From contig CAIZRG010000029.1 in the NCBI GenBank assembly GCA_903935335.1, positions 5,406-69,405 of the forward strand: a stretch of 64,000 nucleotides of DNA. Reading direction: 5' to 3'. This DNA comes from Oligoflexia bacterium (GTDB lineage: Bacteria; Bdellovibrionota; UBA1018). The position numbers and the translations under genes are program-made. Below, piece by piece: positions 49,949-59,398 of this stretch (the first letter of the stretch is position 1; every line of letters begins with the position of its first letter). The notes below the pieces were generated by a model. That model was given only the letters and a program-made list of their open reading frames with translations, was not told where the DNA came from and ran no database searches.

Positions 49949-51361
49949 TTACCTGTCAATATGAGAAAGACCTTGAGCAGCCTCATAATCAGCTTTTGCT
50001 TTATGAAAATCAGCAAAAGCCTCAATCTCTTTGACCATTGCATCTCGAGTTGTCTGTTCCCTTAAATTGACAATCAGAATGCTACTGTCTCCATGCTCAG
50101 CTCGAATCCGCTCAGCAGCCTCAAGCTTTTTAGAAAGCTTCACCTCATCTTTAACTAACAAAAGACGTGAATAAGCTGCTTTCATTGCCAAAACTGAGTC
50201 CTTCAACTGCATTTCTAAGCGATTTAAGATGAACTGCTGAGATGCCAAAACTCGATCTATAGCTGCTAAACTAGCCTTGACTTGACCCCTCGCTCCTCGG
50301 AAGAAAAGAGGGAATTCTAAAACAAGACCCATACGAAGCTCGCTAGGATATTGAGTTGGGGGAAGATACGAATTTCCTGCATTCACTCCAAAATCTGAAT
50401 AAATTCCGATATGGAAATCGAAACGAGGTAAAAGCTGATTTTGAGCGAAACGAGCTTGTGTATCTACTTGTTGTAATTGAAATGCTATTTTTCTTACCTC
50501 AGGATGATTGGATAAAAAATTATTACTTTTTTCAGCTTTTTCAATAAGTTGACTCAATTCACTCGAAGAAAAAACCCTCGGCAAAAAATCTATAGATGGG
50601 ATACGGGGCTCGCCAGCAGAATTTCGATAATAAAGAGACAACTCAAAAGATGCCTTCTGAAAAGCTCTTTCTGCTGCAATCACATTGGACTGTCTTTGCA
50701 AAACAGATCGCTCGTTATCCGTCTGATCAAACTCTGGAGTATCGCCATGCCAAACTTTCTTTTGAATGGCATCACTCCTCAATACTGCAATTTCTAATAG
50801 CTCTTTCATAATTATAATTTTTTGACCTGTAAAAACCCAATCCCAATATTTACAAGAAGCCTGTCTGACCACTTCAAGTCGTTGAGACGAAACATTGGCT
50901 TGAACTCCCTTGAACCCCTGTTCTGAAGTCATGATCGTCATTCGACGCTCATCAATAGGACCTCCTTTTAAGAGAGGAACCTCCAGTCCAGCACGAAACT
51001 CACCGTCTGTAAAAGTTGCCATTTTGGCCTCATAGATCGGGAAATTGCCATCTCCTTTCCTCCAACCTCCAAACAGACGGGTTCCCCAAAGACCTGTGGG
51101 CTGTTCTACACTGAAATCCATATAATTATTAGAGTAATAACCTATCCTAGATTTTGAATGTGCAGCTTTCATCACTGGATCAAACCCACCATAAGCCGAC
51201 TGAAGCTCTCCTTGTGCTTTTCTAGCTTCTGCTTCAGCTAACAAAATCAAAGGATAATTCAGCTGAGCTGCATCAATGACTTCACTCAAAGTCAGAACAG
51301 AAGCTCCAAAACTTTTACTAACCCAACAAAAAAATAATAAAAAACACTTAAAAGTAAGCAT
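49949..51361 (-). CDS. TolC-like outer-membrane efflux protein
   Basis: Signal peptide, two OEP repeats, ~470 aa; last gene of the ABC-MFP-OMP trio. Confidence 0.75.
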   Translation of the reverse strand: MLTFKCFLLFFCWVSKSFGASVLTLSEVIDAAQLNYPLILLAEAEARKAQGELQSAYGGFDPVMKAAHSKSRIGYYSNNYMDFSVEQPTGLWGTRLFGGWRKGDGNFPIYEAKMATFTDGEFRAGLEVPLLKGGPIDERRMTIMTSEQGFKGVQANVSSQRLEVVRQASCKYWDWVFTGQKIIIMKELLEIAVLRSDAIQKKVWHGDTPEFDQTDNERSVLQRQSNVIAAERAFQKASFELSLYYRNSAGEPRIPSIDFLPRVFSSSELSQLIEKAEKSNNFLSNHPEVRKIAFQLQQVDTQARFAQNQLLPRFDFHIGIYSDFGVNAGNSYLPPTQYPSELRMGLVLEFPLFFRGARGQVKASLAAIDRVLASQQFILNRLEMQLKDSVLAMKAAYSRLLLVKDEVKLSKKLEAAERIRAEHGDSSILIVNLREQTTRDAMVKEIEAFADFHKAKADYEAAQGLSHIDR

Positions 51362-51411
51362 TTACTGATTCTTCCAAAAACTGTTCGTTAGAAACCTAAT
51401 AATAAACTTTC

Positions 51412-52443
51412 CTATTTTGATTTTTTCATCCATTGAGGCGGACCCTCCATAGCAGGGGGAAAGCCATTAAACTTCCTCCAAAGCTCATAACCCAACTTAA
51501 CACGACCTAAAAGGATCCAAGCATGCACTCGAACACCTTGCCTAAGATACTGACTGGAAGGCCAAGGATTGTTAGGCTCTGGAATAATTAAAATTCTAAA
51601 CTTCCCATCTCCACTATCTGCAGCATCAATAACAGCTACTCGCCCTGCAAAAGTCCCTGTAGAAACAGAAGGCCATCCACTAAATTGCATGGCGGGCCAA
51701 CCCTCAAACTGCAAACGTACAACCTGATCTCGATGAATTAAGGAGACATCATTCCCAGGAATCCAGACCTCAGCCGCTCTTGAGTCTGTATCCGGAACTA
51801 AAGAAAGCAAGTGCTCACCTGTCTTAACCAAGACCGAACTTTCTCCTGCCATTCGCCTTAAAATCGATCCACTTCTAGGAGCTCGAACAAACTGAGTACT
51901 CTGACGTGCTAGCCGAGTATCAATCCGCATGAGTTCCATTCGAGTATTTGCCTCATCCGTCAAATACTTTGCATGCTCAAGCTTGGCTAGCTCAAACGAA
52001 CGCCTCGAACTTAAACCTTGCTCTGACAAAGATTTTTGCCGATTCAAATTAATCAAAGCAGTCTCCTTTGAAACCTGAGCAGCATTCAGCCTGGCTTGAA
52101 TCGCATCTTTTTCAACTTGCAAACGATTGAGAAGATCTGGGTCATTATCCGATATCTCTACAATGGGATCACCCTCCTCCACATGAGATCCCTCATGGAC
52201 AAACCACCGGACCAGCTTTCCTTCGACCGGAGCATCCACATGCTGCTGCCTCTCTGTGGGTGAGTATGCAACCACTCTCCCACTCCCCATTGAAGTCTGC
52301 TGCCAAGGAACCATCACCATGATTGTACACCAGAGAACTAAACCTGCAGATAACGCCTGTCCAATACTCTTAAATCGTCTTTTAGGTGCGACTTGAGTGA
52401 GAGAACTCAGATTTCGTTCGAGCTTTAAGATTTCATCAAACAT
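51412..52443 (-). CDS. HlyD-family membrane-fusion (periplasmic adaptor) protein
   Basis: N-terminal TM anchor, coiled-coil hairpin region, and beta-barrel/lipoyl motifs (…PIVEISDNDPD…RAPRSGSI…). Confidence 0.75.
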   Translation of the reverse strand: MFDEILKLERNLSSLTQVAPKRRFKSIGQALSAGLVLWCTIMVMVPWQQTSMGSGRVVAYSPTERQQHVDAPVEGKLVRWFVHEGSHVEEGDPIVEISDNDPDLLNRLQVEKDAIQARLNAAQVSKETALINLNRQKSLSEQGLSSRRSFELAKLEHAKYLTDEANTRMELMRIDTRLARQSTQFVRAPRSGSILRRMAGESSVLVKTGEHLLSLVPDTDSRAAEVWIPGNDVSLIHRDQVVRLQFEGWPAMQFSGWPSVSTGTFAGRVAVIDAADSGDGKFRILIIPEPNNPWPSSQYLRQGVRVHAWILLGRVKLGYELWRKFNGFPPAMEGPPQWMKKSK

Positions 52444-52473
52444 ACAACCCTCTCTATGGTGCTCCAGAAAAGG

Positions 52474-54153
52474 TTAATCTGGATATCTATAGCCATCTAA
52501 TAGAATCACTTGATCACAAAAATGAATCTGCTCCTTTTTCCTTGAAGTAAATAAAACAGAAAATTCGTTGTTTTTTCTTATTAAAAAATTTGCCCAAGAA
52601 GGATCTGATTGAGGATCTAAGTGATCAAAAATATCATCAAAAAGAATAAGTTTAGGCTTTGCTACGATTGCTCTTGCAATCATAATTTTTTGAGCTTGAG
52701 TCGTTGAAAGAGGATACTGCCCACCTGAAATAACAGTATGAAGACCTTGAGGTAATGCACTGATCGGCTCTTCCAAACCTAATTCTCTGAGTACATTTTG
52801 AATTTCATAAATATCAATACCTGCTTTGGATTGAGATAATCGAATGTTATCAAGCAGTGTTCCATCAAAAAGCTGAATCTCAGAAACATAGAAAACTTTT
52901 GAACGAATACTCTCTAAAGAGGCATATTGATAATCAAGCCCTTCAATCTCAATTCTTCCGGCTTGAGGCTTTTCAAGACCATAAAGAAGACGAATGAACC
53001 GAGTTTTTCCAGATCCACCCAAACCTACAATAGCTGTTTTGGATCCTAGACTTAAATCAAAATTCAAAGGAGATTGGCGAGATTCATGCTGTCCAAAAAT
53101 CTGAAGGTCTCGGACTCGGATTAAGGGGAATTCAGAGCTTCTTTCCGATACACTTTCCCCTCCCAATCGTTCAAGTGGTAATTCAAAAATATATCCTATT
53201 TTATCCAAAGCACCTGCTAAATCATAATAACTTTCAAGATATTTACCAAATTTTCCAATTCCTGAAACGACAGAGCTTACAATCAGCTCAGAAGCAACCA
53301 ACTGACCTAACGTCAGTTGCCCCTGAGTCACTAACCAACCTCCTAGCCCTAACAATAAAACACTGGCTGCAATTTGAAGAACAATCGCAGCAACAACCTG
53401 TTTAAATAAATAAGTAAAATGATTTTTTGCACTCACAATATATTCTGTTGTCAATAAATCTGCCTTTTTTAAAGCAAAATTTCTAGATTGAGTAGACCGA
53501 AAAGATTCATAATTTTTAGCAAGCTCCTGAAGCCAAACTGCAACCGAGTGTTTTGATTTAGACTCTTGAATATTTGACTCAATAGCTCTATTTCCCAGTC
53601 GAACAAAAAAAACAGAAACAAAAATAATAATAATTAAATTAAGAGCTAAAAGAAAAGGATGGTAAAACGCTAGGAGAAGCATTCCAAAAATAATCTGTAA
53701 AACAACCACAGCTCCATCTAAAATCAAAAGAGTGGTTGTTTTTTGAATGACTGTTACATCAAAAAAACGATTCACTAATTCAGGACCTTGATTTTCACGA
53801 AAGATCTTTGAATCTAACCTAGGAATCCGCATAGCCATTTCCATGGCGATTTTTGAAAACAATCTCTGCTGAAGAATCTCAGCCACAGAAACCTGTAAAG
53901 CCCGCATAGCTCCTGAAAAAGTCAAAAAGGTAAATACAATAAATGTCAGTACAATGATGGGTTGAATCAACAAACCAAAACCGATGGTATTCACAAAGGT
54001 CTGAACAGCAATGGGAACAACCAAGGAACAAATCCCCACCCAAATTCCATAGATCACCAAAATCCAAAGATCTTCTTTTTCCTCCATGATCAGTAATTTG
54101 AAAAACTTCAAAAATCGACCCAGGGAAGAATGAACAAAACGTGTGGTTCTCAT
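52474..54153 (-). CDS. Type-I-secretion-like ABC exporter (fused 6-TM domain + NBD, PrtD/HasD-like, no C39 peptidase domain) with apparently degenerate catalytic motifs
   Basis: Walker A GLGGSGKT is intact. The signature reads LSTTQAQKIMIARAI (vs LSGGQRQRIGLARAL), Walker B reads ILFDD (vs ILDE; catalytic Glu→Asp), and the H-loop reads VLFTSR (vs IAHR; His→Ser). Confidence 0.7.
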   Translation of the reverse strand: MRTTRFVHSSLGRFLKFFKLLIMEEKEDLWILVIYGIWVGICSLVVPIAVQTFVNTIGFGLLIQPIIVLTFIVFTFLTFSGAMRALQVSVAEILQQRLFSKIAMEMAMRIPRLDSKIFRENQGPELVNRFFDVTVIQKTTTLLILDGAVVVLQIIFGMLLLAFYHPFLLALNLIIIIFVSVFFVRLGNRAIESNIQESKSKHSVAVWLQELAKNYESFRSTQSRNFALKKADLLTTEYIVSAKNHFTYLFKQVVAAIVLQIAASVLLLGLGGWLVTQGQLTLGQLVASELIVSSVVSGIGKFGKYLESYYDLAGALDKIGYIFELPLERLGGESVSERSSEFPLIRVRDLQIFGQHESRQSPLNFDLSLGSKTAIVGLGGSGKTRFIRLLYGLEKPQAGRIEIEGLDYQYASLESIRSKVFYVSEIQLFDGTLLDNIRLSQSKAGIDIYEIQNVLRELGLEEPISALPQGLHTVISGGQYPLSTTQAQKIMIARAIVAKPKLILFDDIFDHLDPQSDPSWANFLIRKNNEFSVLFTSRKKEQIHFCDQVILLDGYRYPD

Positions 54154-54179
54154 GAAGCTTTACCTTTTAAATATCATAC

Positions 54180-55943
54180 TCAATTAGTCCGCAAATAAGA
54201 AATAGAATCACTCCTCGAGTTCCGATAAGCAATATCGGCAAAAAATGGACCCACATGGCATACTCTCCAAATCCACTGATTGGGTTGCTCACTCGGTAAA
54301 CGCTTTAAAATCATTTCTGTCACAAAGGAACGCAATGGATCCTCTAGGAGATAACGAGGATCCTCTAATCTTTGAGGGCCTTCGTAAATAGACAGATCTC
54401 CGTTTAATCCTGATAAAACTAATCCAAATCGACTCATAATGATCAGATCCGTTTTTTCTAAAAAATCCCAGGCACGCTCTTGAAATTCACTAAAATCTAA
54501 GAATCGCGTTAAATCCCAACTTGGGTGCCGAAAAGAAAGCTCAACCAAAACATCCGGAAGAGAGGTTTGCCAAACTCGAAGCGGATGTTTCTTAGACTGA
54601 TCTCCAGCCACTCGTTCAATGCAATCCACCCACTGACTGTAAGCAGACCAAGAATAAGAAGCAGGCATTTTAAACTGGATCGAAATATTGGCTGCTAACG
54701 ACAAAACAGCATAGGCTCCCACACAAAAACGTCCTAAAGAAAATCCTGAGAAAGTGGATGAACGAGATAATTTCATCATAAAAAAAATGGCTAACCAAGG
54801 CCATAAAGTCAAATGACACAGAGTAATAAACCAAACCTCAGGTTTAGAACACCAAAGGTATAAGCTTGTCCAAAAGGCCACACCTGCAGCAAGAAAGAGC
54901 TCTATTTGATTTCGATTTTCTGAACGAATTTTTTTGTTTACCATCAAAACGAAAAAATATAAAAAATGACCGCTCAAGAGGATCACCATGAGCCAAAAAA
55001 AACCTTTTGCCAAATTAAAAAATTTAGGCAAGCCTTCAGGATTTCCAATCGAAAGAAACAGACTATGAAAGAAAAGATAGGGGTTTGCAATCCATGAATT
55101 AATACCACTCAGGCGACTAAACTGACTACCCATCTGCTCTAAAAAAAGAGAAGGATGAGCTAAAATATAAACTCCCCACGGAATTAAAAATAAAGAAGTT
55201 CTCAGTCCTACTGCAAAAAGTCTTTTAATCCAATTTTTTAATTCTTTCTGCAGATTATTTTGAATTTTAAAAAGCCCTATAGATGTTGCAGGAACTAGAA
55301 TAATCGCTTCAAAATGAAAATAGGCCGCCAAAGCAAGCCATAAAGAAATCAACCAAAATCGCCGACTATCCTTCCTCAAAACTGAGTGGTCCTCTGACTG
55401 AAACGCATGAAGCTCCATCAAAATCATGAGCCAAAGCAATCCAATCCAGATCTCACTACGAACCACCAAAGTTCCCCAACGACAAATCGGATCCCATAAG
55501 GCAACCAAACCTAAAATAAAACTTAATAATATCGATTGAGTCAATCTCCAGGTCCAATACCCTAGCATCCATGCCCAAATACCAAGACCCAGAAGACTGA
55601 TAAACTTAATCGCCAAAGTGGCACCTAGAAGCTTACCTAATCCCAAATGCATTCCTATCCCAAGAAGAGCAGGCAAGAGGGGCATCATATTGAAATTCGC
55701 GATATCATAGGATGGGATGAATGCAGCTTGACTATGCATAACCCACCGAGGAGGCCAAGCTAAAAGTGATAATGAAGGAAGATAAAACGCAGATCCATCC
55801 GGCCAAGGAACAGGACTAAAAGATAAACAAGTAAAAGAAAACCAAGCTACCGTCACACCTACTATAAGGATTGACACTAGAACTGATCCAATTGTCACAA
55901 TAGAACTTCGTTTCATATTTTTTGAAAATTCATGATACAACAT
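54180..55943 (-). CDS. Large polytopic membrane protein (~12 TM) with ~150-aa C-terminal soluble domain; possible GT-C-fold (ArnT/PMT-like) glycosyltransferase
   Basis: Hydrophobicity pattern; no catalytic motif confidently recognised; first gene of the exporter array (26-nt gap to the ABC gene). Confidence 0.5.
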   Translation of the reverse strand: MLYHEFSKNMKRSSIVTIGSVLVSILIVGVTVAWFSFTCLSFSPVPWPDGSAFYLPSLSLLAWPPRWVMHSQAAFIPSYDIANFNMMPLLPALLGIGMHLGLGKLLGATLAIKFISLLGLGIWAWMLGYWTWRLTQSILLSFILGLVALWDPICRWGTLVVRSEIWIGLLWLMILMELHAFQSEDHSVLRKDSRRFWLISLWLALAAYFHFEAIILVPATSIGLFKIQNNLQKELKNWIKRLFAVGLRTSLFLIPWGVYILAHPSLFLEQMGSQFSRLSGINSWIANPYLFFHSLFLSIGNPEGLPKFFNLAKGFFWLMVILLSGHFLYFFVLMVNKKIRSENRNQIELFLAAGVAFWTSLYLWCSKPEVWFITLCHLTLWPWLAIFFMMKLSRSSTFSGFSLGRFCVGAYAVLSLAANISIQFKMPASYSWSAYSQWVDCIERVAGDQSKKHPLRVWQTSLPDVLVELSFRHPSWDLTRFLDFSEFQERAWDFLEKTDLIIMSRFGLVLSGLNGDLSIYEGPQRLEDPRYLLEDPLRSFVTEMILKRLPSEQPNQWIWRVCHVGPFFADIAYRNSRSDSISYLRTN

Positions 55944-56467
55944 TTTTTAAATTTTTTACCACTCCCACAAGAACAAGGATCATTTCTACCCATTTTTGGC
56001 TCGGTTCTACGAACTGTTCCTGTTTGAATCCTTTGAGCATCAAGGAATCTCCAATCCCCATTCTCTTTTTCAAAAAAACTTTTCTCCCAATGCTCATGAG
56101 TCTTAGGATCTCCTGGAGCATCTCTTCGATCTTTGTAATAAGCGACAAAAACAAGGGTTTCTTTTTCATGATCGACTCCCCCTGGTTCTTCTACTGCTTT
56201 TTCCCGTGGATCGACCTGAATGATCTTTAAACCTAACCACTCTGAATTTTTTGACCAGTCTTCGATTTCATCGCGCTTTAACTCATGACGTGTTCGAGAG
56301 TGATGAGTTGCAAGGATAAAATCGATCTCCCCTCGAGTAAAAGCAGTGTATCGTGCTCTCAAGAGTCTTTCTGCCGAAGTTGCTTTTTCTCTGCCCTCAA
56401 TGACAGGAAGACAACACTCCGACAAAAGAAGTTCAGAACCACAGGGACAGAAATTTGAATCAGACAT
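55913..56467 (-). CDS. YchJ-family protein (two SEC-C metal-binding motifs flanking an NTF2-like domain)
   Basis: N-terminal [13 protein letters not shown] and C-terminal [15 protein letters not shown]. Confidence 0.75.
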   Translation of the reverse strand: MSDSNFCPCGSELLLSECCLPVIEGREKATSAERLLRARYTAFTRGEIDFILATHHSRTRHELKRDEIEDWSKNSEWLGLKIIQVDPREKAVEEPGGVDHEKETLVFVAYYKDRRDAPGDPKTHEHWEKSFFEKENGDWRFLDAQRIQTGTVRRTEPKMGRNDPCSCGSGKKFKKCCIMNFQKI

Positions 56468-56504
56468 GGATTCATGATATCCGCAATACTGAACAACAGG
56501 TCAA

Positions 56505-56843
56505 GTGGAGTCTTCTATGAAAGCTCATTTTAGAAAGCAAGTCCAAGAAACTTTTGAAAAAATTGAACGAGCTCTAGAATCGATTGATCCAGATCAGATC
56601 GAATGTGAGCAGTCCCAAGGCTCTTTGATCCTGACTCTATCTAACCACTCCAAGTGTATTCTCAGCCTCCAACCCTCTGTAGAACAGCTTTGGCTAGCCT
56701 TAGCCTCACGCGGAATCGCTTATCATTTTGATTTAGATCCAAGCTCAGGACTTTGGATAGACGACAAAGGAGAAGGCGTCGAACTCCTTCATTTTTTAGA
56801 GCGCTCCTTAAAGGAAATTACAGGAATTGAGATTACAATCTAG
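56505..56843 (+). CDS. cyaY: Iron-sulfur cluster assembly protein CyaY (bacterial frataxin)
   Basis: …IECEQSQGSLILTL…QLWLALASRGIAYHFDLD… collinear with E. coli CyaY. Confidence 0.85.
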   Translation: MESSMKAHFRKQVQETFEKIERALESIDPDQIECEQSQGSLILTLSNHSKCILSLQPSVEQLWLALASRGIAYHFDLDPSSGLWIDDKGEGVELLHFLERSLKEITGIEITI

Positions 56844-57903
56844 CTCACATTTTCTTTTTACTGTCTGTCAACAAGGTGCTGAAAAAGCTTTAAAAGAAGA
56901 GCTGGGCTCTGCCCATCCTGACTTTAAATTTGCCTATTCTCGACCCGGATTTTTGACCTTTAAAAACACTCAACCTACTGAAATACCTTTTGATTTTATC
57001 CTTCACTCAATTTTTGCTAGAGCTTATGGTGTTTCTCTAGGAGGAAGCCCAAGAAATTCTAAGACTATTTTCCAAACCGCTGAAACCCTAAAATCCATCT
57101 ATCCTCTTCTCAAACCTCATCTCCATGTCTGGCAACGAGATTTCTATCCACCCGGAAAAGAACCCCTAGGATACGATCCAAAAACTTTAAGTTTCACCCT
57201 TGAGAAAGATCTTCGCAAAGATGTCCCTCATTTCTTTGAAAAACCTCGTTCACCCAAACCTCAAGAACTTGTTTTTGATGTTATTTTGCTGGATGAAAAT
57301 CAAGTCTGGTTAGGAGGTCACCTTCACACGACTTCCCACTCCCCCTGGCCAGGAGGAGTTCCCGAACTGATCCTCCCGAATGAAGCACCTTCAAGAGCCT
57401 ACCTCAAACTGGAAGAAGCCATTCTTTGGTCTCAGGCACCGCTTCTTAGAAATGACACTGCTCTTGAACTTGGAAGTGCCCCAGGTGGAGCTTCTTATGC
57501 GCTTCTTTTAAGAGGACTTCACGTCATCGGAATTGATCCTGGGAAAATGGATGATCAAATTTTAAAAAATCCCCATTTCCAACACATTCAAAGACCTGTA
57601 GCCCAAGTCTTACGTGAAGAGCTTCCCGACTCTATTCAATGGCTACTCTTAGACATGAATGTCGAGCCTCGAGTTTCTATTTTTGCTGTGGATCGCCTTG
57701 CTTCTCGCATGAAGGAGTCTCTCCTGGGTGTCTTTTTAACTTTAAAGCTCAATCACTGGAAAATAACTCATGAAATTCCAGAAATTTTGAGCCATATTCG
57801 ACAAATGGGAATCATTAAAATGAAAGCGGCACAGCTCTCGCGTTGCCGTCAAGAATTCATGATCTATGGACTCACTCGGAAAGGAATGGCTCGAAAACTA
57901 TGA
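56827..57903 (+). CDS. rlmM: 23S rRNA (cytidine2498-2'-O)-methyltransferase RlmM
   Basis: APSRAYLKLEEAI (E. coli APSRSTLKLEEAF), SAM motif ELGSAPGGASYALL (DLGACPGGWTYQLV), and WLLLDMNVEP (WMVCDMVEKP). Confidence 0.8.
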   Translation: MRLQSSSHFLFTVCQQGAEKALKEELGSAHPDFKFAYSRPGFLTFKNTQPTEIPFDFILHSIFARAYGVSLGGSPRNSKTIFQTAETLKSIYPLLKPHLHVWQRDFYPPGKEPLGYDPKTLSFTLEKDLRKDVPHFFEKPRSPKPQELVFDVILLDENQVWLGGHLHTTSHSPWPGGVPELILPNEAPSRAYLKLEEAILWSQAPLLRNDTALELGSAPGGASYALLLRGLHVIGIDPGKMDDQILKNPHFQHIQRPVAQVLREELPDSIQWLLLDMNVEPRVSIFAVDRLASRMKESLLGVFLTLKLNHWKITHEIPEILSHIRQMGIIKMKAAQLSRCRQEFMIYGLTRKGMARKL

Positions 57904-58160
57904 CAATGAATGCATCTATCCATGTTTACACTATGAAAAACTGTCCTTATTGCCTGAAGGCCAAACAACTCCTCACACAAAGAGGAATTCCATTTACTGA
58001 AACTCTGGTCTCTCATGACAATGATGCACAATGGGAGTCCCTGTTTCAAAAATCTGGAATGAAAACTCTCCCCCAAATTTTTCATGGGGATCAACTCATT
58101 GGAGGATACCAAGAGTTAAGCGAACTCGATAAAAAGGATAACCTTCAATCTCTTCGATGA
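57900..58160 (+). CDS. Glutaredoxin
   Basis: CPYC active site (IHVYTMKNCPYCLKAKQLL), GG motif; ATGA overlap with the rlmM stop. Confidence 0.85.
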   Translation: MTMNASIHVYTMKNCPYCLKAKQLLTQRGIPFTETLVSHDNDAQWESLFQKSGMKTLPQIFHGDQLIGGYQELSELDKKDNLQSLR

Positions 58161-58168
58161 AGCAAACT

Positions 58169-59398
58169 TCACACCTGTGTGACTTTTATAATTTCAATTT
58201 GGTTGGCTCTAATCAAAAGAGCTCTTTGACCCTTGAGTATTGCTATCAAATCTTCACCAATCAGGTTTGCAGCTTCCTCGGTGAGAATCCCTAAGCGATT
58301 CAACTCTTTTGAATCCTGAGCAGAACATCGTAGCAAAGCCAAAAGCTGAGAGGAGTTCAGCAAATGCTTGACCCCAATTTTATGCCGATCAGCTAGCATT
58401 CCAACATAACACCGCAATAAATCTAAAACTTGAGACTCTTCTTGGCTCGGAGTTCTCGCTCTGGAGTTTTTAGAACCCGCGACTATTTGGGTTTCATCGT
58501 TTTGATGAAGTGCTTCTAAAATGGCTTGCCCACTGTTTTTGAGCTCTCCTTTGCTCAAACCTCGAAAAGCACTCAGATGAGTTAAATCCTTGGGACGAAC
58601 TTGAGCTAAGTCCAATAAAACCTGATCATCAGCAACCCACCTCCTGGGTAAATTAAGCTTTCTCACTCTTTCTTCTCGCCACTTCACCAGACCTGAAAGT
58701 GCGACAAAACTTTTCTGATCGAGTCGTCTACCACGAGCAAGCTTTTGAACAATTCCTTCTAAATCACACTGATAGAGTGCCTTCTTTTCCCAGTGAGCTG
58801 AAAGCTCAAACGCCCAAGCTTTCCGACTGGCTTGATCTAATTGCCTCATCAGCTCTTGAGCTAGAGCCACTAAGTAGATGACATCAGCATGAGCATATTC
58901 AATCAATTGCTCAGGCAAAGGTCTCACCGACCAATTCGTCCTCGCATGCCCTTTTGCAAGATCGACATCCAGAACTGCCTTCAAAAGCTTACTCAACCCT
59001 ATGGACTCTCCATAGCCACAAAGTGAACCGGCAAGAGCCGTATCAAAGATCGGAGAAGCAACCTCACCAAAACTGGTGTACAGACACTCTTGATCTCCTT
59101 GAGCAGCATGAACAATTTTTAAGATACCAGGGTTTTTAAAAACTTCCAGTAAAGGGGTAAACCCAGGATCAAAAGATTGGGGATTGCCTTCTGAATAGTT
59201 TTTCTTAAAAGCTCGAGCATCGACTAACCAAGATTGAGTTTGAGTTGCTATCTGAATAATTTCAACAATGGGGAAAAAAGTGGACTCTCGAATAAACTCT
59301 GTATCAAATGCAATGATTTTTTCAGAACTCAAAATTTGAGCCAGCTCATAAATCTGATCTGCCTTTGAAAGCAAGAGTGCATGACTATTCATGATCAA
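58169..59398 (-). CDS. rnd: Ribonuclease D (DEDDy 3'-5' exonuclease + HRDC)
   Basis: IAFDTEFIRESTFFP (Exo I), HAAQGDQECL, YAHADVIYL (Exo III), followed by an HRDC-like C-terminal domain. Confidence 0.85.
   Translation of the reverse strand: MIMNSHALLLSKADQIYELAQILSSEKIIAFDTEFIRESTFFPIVEIIQIATQTQSWLVDARAFKKNYSEGNPQSFDPGFTPLLEVFKNPGILKIVHAAQGDQECLYTSFGEVASPIFDTALAGSLCGYGESIGLSKLLKAVLDVDLAKGHARTNWSVRPLPEQLIEYAHADVIYLVALAQELMRQLDQASRKAWAFELSAHWEKKALYQCDLEGIVQKLARGRRLDQKSFVALSGLVKWREERVRKLNLPRRWVADDQVLLDLAQVRPKDLTHLSAFRGLSKGELKNSGQAILEALHQNDETQIVAGSKNSRARTPSQEESQVLDLLRCYVGMLADRHKIGVKHLLNSSQLLALLRCSAQDSKELNRLGILTEEAANLIGEDLIAILKGQRALLIRANQIEIIKVTQV

Noticed and set aside
49949-54153. Expectation of an RTX-type T1SS substrate next to the ABC/HlyD/TolC genes
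   Set aside because: No protein in the window shows GGxGxD nonapeptide repeats or an obvious C-terminal T1SS signal. The only large secreted candidate (36622..38229) has an N-terminal Sec signal instead.
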